Shown here: positions 50,528-61,919 of the stretch, piece by piece
Numbering within the stretch: position 1 is the stretch's first letter
Layout of the letters: each line of letters starts with the position of its first letter
From: Cystobasidiomycetes sp. EMM_F5
Taxonomy: Eukaryota
Direction: 5' to 3'
Length of the DNA stretch: 64,000 nucleotides
Assembly (NCBI GenBank): GCA_051047955.1
Contig: JBPGPT010000016.1
Location: forward strand, 124,001-188,000
The notes under the pieces: generated by a model
Database searches by the model: none
What the model saw: the letters and a program-made list of their open reading frames with translations, nothing else
What the model was told of the DNA's origin: nothing
Program-made: the position numbers and the translations under genes

Positions 50528-53270
50528 TTACTGAAGTTTCACCTCCCATAAAGTTCGACCATCGCGATGTTCGCTCTGCGCGATGGAATGGCTGACTTTG
50601 CGCGAGTCACCGACCGGTAACAAGATATGCAGTGTCGTCCAGAATGGCGTAAAGTCATGCTCGAGCCAAGTCGCCTGGACTTGTACTTCTTCGCCAGCAC
50701 TCCAGTATTCGATGCGTACTGTAGATGTAGGACAAGGCCAAGAAGCCTCGCCATCATCTTCTGTCCAAGTGCCGACATAGTGCTTGTCGCTGCTCGTCGG
50801 AGGGAAAATCTCGACGCCTCGCCAGTCGTCAATTTCGATATACCCAGGCCGAAGCTTGATTTCTGTGCCGTCATTTGTGGTCCTCGACAGATCAGATGTA
50901 ACGGTCGCGAAAGGCTTGCCTATAGGCAGTACTGCTCCCGCTCTTGCAAATACTGGCAGGGTATCCAGTGGCGTCTCGACTTCGATCGTGCTGCCAGCGA
51001 TGTGCGTCTTGTATGACCCGAACAACTCGAAGTAAACCTCCTCGTCTTCCGGACCCTGTTGTGGCAGATACACCTTGCGTGCCGTAAGACCCGGCTCGTA
51101 CACTCCAGCAATCAACAGTCTGCCAGCGCCGAGCCAGAAATCTGCAGATTCAAGCTGATCTTGCTGCATGAGGGCTCTGTCTGACGCGAACTCGCCCCAT
51201 GCTAGCCATGCGACCGGCGGCGCCGCTGTCAAGCGACCCTCATGGTGCAGCGAGTACAAGTACGGAATAAGCTCATAGCGTCGCTTGATGACGTTGCGTA
51301 TCATGGGTAGGACTTCCGGGTACATCCAGGCAGTCGTTGAAATCGGCTTGTAGGAGTGTATAGAGAAGCGCATATGGTATGCATTGATTTGACACCACCT
51401 CAGAAGCAGCTCCTTGTCCGGGGATGGACCAGCAAAACCTCCGATCTTTCAGCAAGCCGTCAGTATCGGCTGATAGGGGCTTCGACTCCATCTACTCACG
51501 TCTGAGCCATAACTATGATATAACGAAAGAGACGCATTGATGGTTTGGTGCACGTTGCCTTTCAATGTCTTCCAGCTTGTATGATTGTCACCACTCCATG
51601 TCGAACAGACGTATTTCATTGTGTTGAGATTGGCTGACCGAGTCAGAATATACGGCCTGCGGCCCGGCGAGTTGTCTTTCAAGGCTTGGTGCGAACTGCG
51701 GCCTAACAGCTCGGTGAAAGTGGTCCTGCCAACGATTCCGACTGGCTTTCGCTGACCGTCTTGCTCGGGCAAACCTGGTATGCTCCAAGCTGCCGTGTAC
51801 GTATCGTCGTGCAGTGAATACTCGTCGTTGTCGCTGAAAGAACGAAGATGGTCATGCTTAGCGACGTATCGCCAACCGCACCCAGGCTCACTTACTTCCA
51901 CAACCCGTCCACGCCCATCTGGATGAGCTTGGAAGCTCCATTGTACCACCAGCCGTATCCGGCAGGTGATGAAGTGTCTACCCAGCTGCCCGTCAACGTC
52001 TCACCAATGCCTAACGACCAGATGTAGGTTCTGCAAATCTCGTTGCTGTGCGGATCGAGGAAGAAGCCGCCATCCTTCTCTAGCGACTCGTAATCGGGAT
52101 GAGTCGTAACGAGGTATGGCTTGATGTTAGGTACGATGCGCATGCCCAGTTCGTGCCACTTTCGGCAGAATCCGGAAAAGTCGGGGAAGCGCTCTGTGTT
52201 GAGCGTAAAGACGTTGCGCGATATACCGCTGGCAGTTTTCGTGACAGTATATCCGGCTGTCACGACGAGGGATCAGCCGATATTTAATCGCTCGATTACG
52301 CCTGTATGACGTACAAGACAGACACATCCCAGAGCATGGAATGTCGTAGTCGACCAACTCTTGCAGGAATTCTTCGATCAGAATTTGCGCAGGCGGATCA
52401 TCCTATGGAAACGGAGACTGTAAGGGGCAAAACGGTTTTACACGAGACTTCGATGGGACTGACGGATTCTGCAATTCCCATTGAGCTGCTCAAGTAGCCT
52501 AGAGACCATCTAGGCGGCATCATTGGCAGTCCTCCAGTTATCCACGCCATTGTCTGGCATACCTGCGGCAGGGTTCCGCTGAATACGTAAAGCTCGAGAC
52601 CTGCCGTCTCCACCTCGAAAGTCTTGTAGGCTCCCCATGGCTCGTCCAGTGACTTGCCTAGGTCCCACACGCTATCTACACTGCTTGTGGAGTAGTAGCC
52701 TGTGCATAATCCACCTTGGGCAGGGACGCGTATGAGGAAAGGAGTATGCTTATACAGCATGTCTGAGGAATAGCTGTCATAGCTTGCCGAATCGGACGTT
52801 CGCAGCTCGAATTTGCGGCCAGTCAGATTGATGGGAGCGCCGACCTCCCCGAGCCCCAGATGGACGTCTTTGCGGTCAATGGCCGAATAGTGCCGGATAC
52901 CATAGCCAGACAGGTTATAAGCCCTGTTTGGCAGGTCCTTGTGAATTACCTGTCCATCAGAAGCCGTGATTGTGATGACAGGAGATTTAAGCCAGTCGAG
53001 CTTAGCTTCACTGTCCGAAGCCTTCACCGCTGCAGAAGACTGCTGCCCCGCAATCGGACTGGCGTCCTGACTTGACCCTGAATCCGGTTGCGGGAGCTGC
53101 AGTGTGTTGGGAGGTATAGGTCGATCTTGTCCGTCGATGCGAATGCGAAACAGATTACGAGACGTGTCTACGACCGCCAAAGTGAGGGTGTAGCCATCCC
53201 GGTTTTGCAACGCGATGCTGTTGCCGTTGTTGCTTTTCAGCTGAAAATGGTCGAGAAGACGTTCGCGCAT
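50528..53270 (-). CDS. Glycoside hydrolase family 31 (alpha-glucosidase/xylosidase-like), no signal peptide
   Basis: LGLGE, YKHTPF, PPRWSLGY, FPDFSGF, spliced nucleophile motif GLWNDNDEY, WSGDN, GSDxGGF and RRYELIPYLYSL. Confidence 0.92.
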
Positions 53271-53732
53271 GACGGGGAGGCAGTACGAGTTGTGTCAGGG
53301 AGGACAGCGAGCAGTGATGATAGCAGAATAGATTTGACAGCTGGCTAAGAGCTTTCTGTTTGATTTTCGCAAGACTAGAATCGGCTATTGACATTGACAG
53401 GTTTGCCCCTATTTTCCGGGCGTGACGGCCGGGCCGGCAGATCCAGCAAGCTGTTCTTGAGGGTAGAAGCTGCGATAATATGGAAGTTGTGTTGCTATGT
53501 TGTATTAGGCCTTGTAGAGTGCTTTCGCTATGCTGCAGCTGCTCGATAGATGATGCATGTTCCGTTGCTTGCGGATCACCCTGCCGGCTAACGACGGATA
53601 CTGCAAAAGCCCGAGGTGTGTGAAGGTGTCGCTTCATGTTGGTCTGGCACGCAATACCACGGGAAGACAACCCGCACACGCGCTCTCGTTACTCACTACC
53701 ACTGTCCTCGATAACTCCCATCTCCGGTCACC

Positions 53733-55169
53733 ATGTCGCCTCCGGCTGTTCTCATGGTGGGGACGGGTAAGCGAGCAAACGCATGCAGAAAAGACATACT
53801 GGCCTGCAGCTGAGGATGCGACGTTTCCTTGTTTCAGGCGAATACACAACTGGCTACGTCTACGGAGCGCAATCAACATCAGACAAGAAGATTGGGGTTG
53901 TGGCCTTGACCATGTTTGATTTGCGTAGACGAGGCAAGGTCGGGCATTTGTCAATGGTCGGCGTCTCCGGTCGCAAATTTCCAGACATCAGAAAGCATCT
54001 CACTGAAAAGATCTCCAAAGTTTACAATAACATGGACGTTTCATTCGATTCTTACCCTGCCGACGACAAGACCGATCCGGATGCTTACAAGACGGCCATC
54101 GATGCCCTTCCAAAGAGCAGCGCTGTGATCATTTTCACACCGGACTCGACTCACTACCCTATCGCTCTCTATGCCATCGAACGGGGGCACCATGTCATGA
54201 TTACAAAGCCCGCAACGCAAAAAGTTCAGGAACATGTCAGTCTTGTCGAGGCCGCGCGCAAGCACAATGTAGTAGTCATGGTCGAGCACCACAAGCGGTT
54301 TGACCCGACATATGCCGATGCGAGGCATCGCGCAACCTCTGGCACGCTTGGCGACTTCAACTATTTCTACTCCTACATGTCACAACCCAAAAGTCAGCTG
54401 GAAACCTTCAAAGCGTGGGCAGGCAAAGACAGCGATATCAGCTACTACCTTAACAGTCATCACATCGATATCCACGACAGTATGGTCAGCAAACAAGGGT
54501 GGGCGCCGAGTAGAGTCGTGGCAAGCGGGTCCAAAGGTATTGCGGAGAGCTTGGGGTGTCAAAAAGGGACAGAAGATACCATCACTCTCTTGACTACCTG
54601 GAACAAAGAGGACAAGGTTGCAACTGCGGTCTACACCGCCAGTTGGACTGCACCGCTCAAGGCTGGCGTGCACAGCAATCAGGAGTTTCATTGTAAGCCT
54701 TTTTCGAGGTGTTGTGCACTTCATAAATCTGATTCCGTGCCTCTCTTACAGACATGGCGTCAAAGGGAGAAGTGCGCGTCAACCAGTGCAAGCGAGGGTA
54801 CGAGGTCACGCAGGATGACACCGGCCTGACCCATTACAACCCGTTCTACGTCCAGGTGGGCACCGAATGTCTTAACAGGCAGAGAAGAAGGCTGATGCGA
54901 TGCGTCGCTACATCTAGTACACTCCTGACGAAGAAGGCAATTTTGCTGGAACACACGGGTACGGATACATATCGTTCGAAAAGTGGATTGATGCCATCAC
55001 TACATTCCAAGCGGGCAAAGTCACATTGGAGCAACTGGATAGCCGGCCTCTGCCCACTTTAGCAAATACTGTCGCGACAACAGCCATCCTCGAAGCTGGG
55101 CGGCGCAGTCTGGATGAGCAGAGACCGATACAGATAATCAAAAACGGCGAATCTTGGTCTTTGCAATGA
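53733..55169 (+). CDS. gaaA: D-galacturonate reductase GaaA-like (Gfo/Idh/MocA oxidoreductase)
   Basis: MSPPAVLMVGTGEYTTGYV, VEHHKRFDP, SYMSQPKSQLETFKAWAGKDSDISYYLNSHH and SWTAP..AGVHSNQ closely match Aspergillus GaaA as recalled. Confidence 0.85.
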
Positions 55170-55333
55170 TTAGTCTACCGCGTTGTCTAGCAAATGCAGT
55201 GCGGCATTGATGAGCCATGCTGCCAAGATATGCATCGTTCAACAAAGCGCATAGCAGGCCTTCGCAGGCACAAACCGTACACCAGTTCTTGTAAAATTGC
55301 CACCGCGCGTTGGATGTCTGCTAAGCTCGCAAT

Positions 55334-58067
55334 ATGTCGCTGGCGTCTCTTATCTATGAGCATGCCTACACGCGCGACAAGCAGGCTCGTCAACGTTGGG
55401 AAAACGCATCCGATAGCGCTTTAGGTGCAGACAGTCCCAAGACTCGCAGGCGACGCGCTGTGGGCTTCACGCCCATCAAATCCACAAACGATGGCGCATC
55501 GCTAGCGGCATCTACCAGCTCCCAAAAGTACCGACCTCCGTCATCCGCATCATTCTATATTCAGTCCCTGCCAGGTCTACCGTCAACGAGCACTTTGACG
55601 CTGTACTCCGGGCATCTCCCCAGCACAGTGACAAGTGACACTGTCTTGCCAGCAGCTCAAGGTACCGCTGGAACGGCTGCTGACACCGCAAGTATCGATG
55701 GCAGCCCACATCTGTTCTTCCTACTTGCGAAAGCCAAACACATAGCTGAGCGCGAGAAAGTGTTGCTGTGGTTCAATGGCGGTATGTGACCTGCTGTATG
55801 CTAGATCAGGTAGACTGACTCGATGCTACCGTCCTTGATGCTTTTGGTCGCCCACCCAAAACCCCCCCCCCCCCCCCCCCCCCCATAACACATTTGTGAC
55901 ATTTTGGCAATGGCGTACTGAATCGTGTCTTGGGTAATCTAGGCCCAGGATGCTCTTCATTCGACGGTGCGCTGATGGAGATTGGTCCGCTAAGAATGGT
56001 GCTTGGTCAGAAAGGCCAGCTCGAAGAGCAACCGGGAAGCTGGAACGAATATGCGAATGTGGTTTTTGTTGATCAGCCGGCCTCAACAGGCTATTCATAT
56101 GTATCGGGTGATCACTACGTTACTTCAGCCACCGATGCTGCGACGCAAGTAGTCAACTTTTTGAAGAACTTTTATGAAGTATTTCCCGAGTATCAAAAGA
56201 TGGACGTAAGTTGTCTTGGGGCACTTCCACCCCGGGCTACCGCTGATAATTTCGATGTTAGCTCTACATAGGCGGCGAAAGCTTTGCAGGAATATGGATA
56301 CCGTACATTGTGCGTGATAACATTGATATGTGTAACCACACTAATCTCTCATTCAAATTTTCGCACCCCCAGGCGAAAGCCATTAAAGATACTTCAATAA
56401 TATCCCCTCCTCTTCAGGGTTTATTATTGGGAAATCCATGGATTGACCCATGGAGTCAATATCCAGCATATGTGGAATTCGCCTACGATTCTGAGCTTAT
56501 CAAACCGTCCACACCAGCTGCAGCCCAAGTCGAAGCAGCGCTGAAGAATTGTCAATCGCAAATGGACATTATCGGTCGCGAAAAGATGCCCATCAATCAA
56601 GGGACGTGTGAAGGCATACTAAGCGCAATTACCGGGACAACCCTGCAAGTGTAGGTGTCTGCATGCTGCATTGTCAATTGTCCGCATGTCCTGATTGAGC
56701 AATGCAGCGTGAATGGCCAGCAGTACTGCGTCAACAACTACGACATCAGGTATGTCATTCTTCGATAGCTACTTCTTGTGTAGCTAATTTCTCGAACAGA
56801 TTGACTGATACATATCCTGCATGCGGGATGAACTGGCCGAATCTCCTGCCTGACATGTACGCTTGGCTGCCAGTAAGTGGTCGTCTTAGTAGCGGTAGAT
56901 TCTGGCTTATATAGATACAGAAAAAAGAGACAATGGATGCCTTTCATGCTTCTGCCAAGTCCGGTGGGTGGTCGGAGTGCGGTGGTCGGGTGTCGGATCG
57001 GTTCTGGTCTAGTTCGAAGCCTTCTGTCCATCTACTAGCTCCATTGCTAGAATCTGGCCTACATATCATGATCTTTAGCGGCATGCAGGACCTAATCTGC
57101 AACCACGTCGGGACTGAGAGAATGATTGAAAGTCTGCAGTGGTCCGGCTCCATCGGCTTTAGCGTAAGTTAATTCACACTGACTCTGGCATCCTGGCTGA
57201 GTATGTAATCACAGAACGCTTCGAAAGCGCTCGACTGGTTTGTTGATGGCGAGAAGGCGGGAACCTGGCGAACGGAACGAAACTTGACGTACGTTCAAGT
57301 GTACAACTCCTCGCATATGGTATGTCGACGGTCGCTTGGTTTGATGAGTTGGCTGACTTTCACAACGTCAGGTCCCGTATGACGTGCCAGTGGTAGCGGC
57401 AGACATGTTTGCTCGCTTCACGTCCACAGACTATATCTCAGCTGCGGGGGCATCAGCTACGGTCCCTTCCCGTATTGGCAGCGAACAAGAATCAGTCGTG
57501 GGAGAGACTCATCCTAACGGTACCGCACTAGATCTGGCTGCGTCTTCGGCGAATGCGGTCAGCGATTCGACTGGAAAAGAATCGACAATCAGTGCCGAAT
57601 CTCCTATGGCGGATGCATACTACAACGTCGGTACAGCCATGCTTATTCTTCTGGTCATTGTTCTTCTCGGCGTGGTCTTCGTGTATCGTCAACGGAATAG
57701 GCGCGGGTCACTCAATCTTGACGGGTCTCGCCGTAAAACATCCCTATTGCCTACCAGCGTTAGCGATCGCAGCCTTGGAAGGTCTAGTAGCAGTCATAGG
57801 CGCACCCGGTCGGGTAACGGGCGGCAGCAGGAGTATCCCGAAGGGGGTGAGGAAGAAACCAATGAGCTTCTGCCTTTACAAAAGCGGCAGAGCGGCAAAA
57901 GGTCTGTCGAGCACGTTCGTCATGAGCTTGCGGTCGGGGAACAGTTGTTTGCAGTGGGTGACGACGAAGAAGAGCTGGACTCGGACGATGAGGGTAATAT
58001 AGGCAATCCAACTCGAAAGCTATCGCTTATCAGCGAAGAAGGAGGGGCGCAGGTTGCGCAAAGGTGA
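55334..58067 (+). CDS. KEX1: Kex1-like serine carboxypeptidase (S10) with C-terminal TM helix and acidic tail
   Basis: [32 protein letters not shown], catalytic [15 protein letters not shown] and NSSHMVP. TM segment [17 protein letters not shown]. Start codon uncertain. Confidence 0.88.
55862..55884. repeat. C23 homopolymer in KEX1 intron 1
   Basis: 23 consecutive C residues within intron 55782-55942. Confidence 0.9.
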
Positions 58068-58500
58068 TCACGCTGGATTAGACGTTGGACGTGGTGAATG
58101 AAATAAATGTTGTTGTCGTACTACGTCGTTGAAGGCGATTTTTCGTGCGATCGCTCATAGAGAATCCATTTGAAGCGGATCCGGAGCCCTGCAGCTTGCC
58201 TACTCATGTTCATTGAGGCCAGCAATATGTTCATACATGACTGAAAACACTACACTACTTGAACGTTACGGCACCCGTTGCATTCACCACTCACGTCCTC
58301 TGGCTCTGTCGTCTACTGCACTACTGTACACTGGCAGATAGTACTGCTATTTTCGATTCTCAGTCTCCTCCTGGATCCGTAACTATACCAGCAAGTCGCT
58401 CCTCAGCCACGATTTGCTGGCCTGAAGTGATCCACAGATTCTGTTTCGTCAACATGATTGTGTAACCAGCATCTGAGTCGTATCCTGTATAGCCACCAAT

Positions 58501-59344
58501 CTAAGTGAATATCACGGTTTCAAGCGTGTGCCGTTCATTTGCTTTCACCCAGGCCTCGTTACCTGGGAAGAGCTCTGCCAGGTCAGATCTACTGAGGAAG
58601 GCGTGGTCGTTAGGATGCCAGCCTGGCATGACCGTTTCCGAAATGAGGCAGTAGCCGTTTTCATCCACCAGTTCTGACCGCTTCCACCATCCTTTGCCCA
58701 CAATGAGCTGCATTGGATCGTCCGTAGAAGCTCCTACATTAATTTCACGTACGTCCACAGATCCTGCCCCATTGTCTGTAGCAGTGGTTGAAACAGGAGC
58801 TCCCTTCGGAGCCAGCTCGGCAGCATTACTTCCCGTGCCAAGCTTGTGGGATGCAGGTATCCGTATCAGTGTATATTTTGCTCTGCCTCCATGCCACGTA
58901 TGATTGGTTGTACCTTCGACACAATATAATTGGAACGTAAGCACGCATTTCGGGAGAGTGGAGTGGAGTGATGCATCCAGTAGGCTCACTAGCATTGGTG
59001 TGGAAGTACCCGGAGTCACTGCGGTGGTTCGGCGGGATAGTCCATGTTGCACCCAACTTCGCCTTGACCCTCTCAGCAGTCAGGGAGGCCGGACATAGAA
59101 GATAGTAGATGACGCTGGCCAGCGGTCGTATATTGTCATCCCCGTCAGCGGCTTCTCATGGACGACAGGAGATTTTCAGTTGTGGTACGACATCATGATG
59201 CGTCTCGAGGTGCCACTTACGAGAAGCTACCGGAGATGGTATCAGTATGTCGCTGACATACGTAACTACGAAGAAACCGCCCTCAGGGTGCGGCGCAAGG
59301 CCAAGGTCTCGAATATACTTGAGACAAGTCTCGATGGCATTCAT
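58501..59344 (-). CDS. DUF985/Cupin_5 family cupin (YML079W-like)
   Basis: IRDLGLAPHPEGGFF, SSTIFY, HTWHGG, QLIVGKGWWKRS and CLISETVMPGW motifs. Confidence 0.88.
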
Positions 59345-59446
59345 GACGTTGCAAGAACGAGCTACAGTGCCAATTTACAGAGTCGGCCTATCAATAATTG
59401 TTGGTACCGATCTTATCGACTGAGGTATGACTCTGCACACCCATGA

Positions 59447-61489
59447 TTACAATGCGCGAGAACCCGGGTATGGAACTCCCATCAACCTCGCGGCCTCCAC
59501 TTCATTCGATCTGTTTCCCATTGCTGGCATTGCATACCCAGCTAGACCGGGGGTGGCAGTAGTGATGAAGCCGCTGGTCGCCGGTGGAGCCTGTAGGGAA
59601 GGTCCTGGGATAGGCTGTCCCGGTGCTTCCATAGCAGTGGAAGGTACACCCTTCTTCAATCTAAGCTTTCGTAGCTTTTCTTCTAACTCAGCCTCATTCG
59701 CACTGCCTTCACTGCTAGATGACCCCTCTAAGAGCCATTTATCGTACTTCTTGCGCTTGTCGGCTGGGCTCGTTATAAATCGATAAAACCGCCATCCGTC
59801 AGCGTGCATACTACCAAATTTTAGACGGCAGGACCTACGATTCTTGAGAATCTTGTAAGCCTTCTTGATACGGTCCAATCCATCGACCATCTCTTTCAAC
59901 CTTGCCGCATTCTTTTCTGTACCGATCATTTGTTGCGTGATGAGTATGACCTGCCTTGCTTGTTTGTTTATGGTTTCTGCTGGTGCATCAGGCTTGACGT
60001 TCAACACCTGATAATACGACTTGTGGTACGCCGGGTCGTCCTGTTCTTTTGATTTGCCTTTCTTCTGGAGAACCGGGCTACGACGACCGCGCTTGCCATT
60101 CGGACTAGAGCTGGAGCTTGATTCCTCCCCAGAAAAAGCGCCAACGTCGAGTGCTTTATCGTATTGACGTTTAAGACGTTCGTCTCCCAATACTGCCCAC
60201 GCTTCGTTGACTTCTGACAGCTTTTTGCAGGCTGCTACACGAAGTTCTGCTGTCCCCTCGGCCATACATTTCTCAAGGCGACTAATCTAGAGCAGCTAGT
60301 TTAGTATTTCCTATCAGGTGCTGAGCAAAGCACGACGTACAATGGTTTGATATGTAGCCTTCAGTTGTCTTCTGTTTGTTCCCGGTGGTAAACCAAGCAC
60401 GCCATACTTGTTATGCTGTTGAGCGGTGTTGACGGACACGTCCGCTTCCACGGCTCGCCTCGAAGGGCGTGCCTTGATAGCGCTCTCCTTGCCTTGCCTC
60501 CTATGCCGCTGCGGGCTTCGATAGCGGGAGTTCCTAGTATCTTTGAGCCGTCGCGCCTTGCGACGAGTCCGTTGGTCGTGTGAGCTGGAGCTAGAGCTCG
60601 AGGATGACGATGACGTAGAAGAGGATGCTGATACGGACCTCGAAGACGTGCTCTTTGAAGTGGACGAACGGCTAGGGGTGGGAGAGCGCTTCTTATGGCG
60701 CTTGTTGGAGCCAGATACCTTCTTGCTCGTGTATACGTTCTGATTCCGCACAGACTCGTCACGGTCATCCGTAACGACATGTTTGCCTTTGAGACGAGAC
60801 CGTGTAGGTTCAAGGGTAGTCTGTGCATTGTTGGCATTCTCACGCTCGTGACTGTGGAGATCTACCCGGCTAACAGGATTACGATGCTGTTTGCGCTCTT
60901 CACTCCTAGTATTTGCTTTATCCACTGTCTTGGCCCACTGGGAGACTTCGCGCCCACGCCCAGCCTCGGTGGGAGCGTCTGCTAGAGTATTGCGCCGTAT
61001 CGTAGATACAGGTAGACCTTTTGGGCGATAAGTTGTAGAACTTTCTGCACGAGGGGTATTGCTATGGGGGCTGGCTGCCGAGCTCTCCGACAAATGCTCA
61101 CGGTATTTGCTGTTCCAGTCCGAGACCGTGGCGCCTCGAGATCTCACAGAGCGTGGCTTTTCTGCGTGTAGGATATTAGGTTGTGAAGCCGAACTATGTC
61201 GATCTGAAGGACAATGCCTGCTCTCGAGGATGGCCTGCAATTCGCGGAGGTTCGCAGGCGCTGACACGATAGATGGGTTACGCAATTTGCTACTGCTTGC
61301 CTTTAGTGTATCGAACGAATTATCAAGCTCGGTTGGCAAGCTTGACTTGCGTGCGCCTTGCTTAGCGATCGTCTTTTCATCGTCCTCGACTATATCGAAT
61401 GGAGGACTAGGCGGTTCGCACTGCGCCAGCAATGATCGCCAATATACTGCTTGAGCGTTGAGCTGACTACTCTTTCGAGAAGCCGTCAT
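59447..61489 (-). CDS. Protein with S/R-rich N-terminus and two J-like (HPD-less) domains
   Basis: Domain A: KYGVLGL...LKATYQTI|ISR...LSEVNEAWAVLGDERLKRQYD. Domain B: SYYQVLNVKPDA...IKKAYKILKN|PDKRKKYD. Confidence 0.7.
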
Positions 61490-61919
61490 GATGAGCTGCC
61501 AGCAGCAGCAATAGCAGAATTATGTGCGAAGAACAAGAGTGATACCAGACCATCCATGCCGACGACAGGGGCAGTTGCAATGCTTCGTGATGATTCTATC
61601 TGTTTGACCGAACTGCGGTCGAACTACGTGCTGTACGATAATCGTCAACTGTTCGCCGTTGAACTTCGGTTTGACTTTGCACAGCAGAGGTATAGTGCGT
61701 TAAAATGCATAGGTGCAATTTACATCCTGTTGTGCTTTGGAGGCGTCGAATCGGCTCTGCAATGTAGCATCGAGCAAAGGCTCAAATCTCGGTATAGTTG
61801 GGGATCAGCAGCGGTGAGAAGATCAAAGACGAGTGGCTTGACTGCTTGACATTTTCGGCTTGGTGCAGACGCTAGCATTTGATGCAGTTCGATGTGTCAT
61901 CGCAACTTGTATAATCATT

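Noticed and set aside
28450..58067. Mating-type (pheromone/receptor) locus hypothesis from 7-TM, RGS, LSM, karyopherin and KEX1 genes
   Set aside because: No STE3 motif, CAAX pheromone precursor, STE20 or homeodomain gene was found. The genes are LSM4 and KAP120, not the LSM7 and KAP95 known near red-yeast P/R loci.
59764..59838. 75-nt in-frame stop-free intron in the second J-like gene
   Set aside because: Short 3n stop-free introns are common by chance, and splicing restores the domain.
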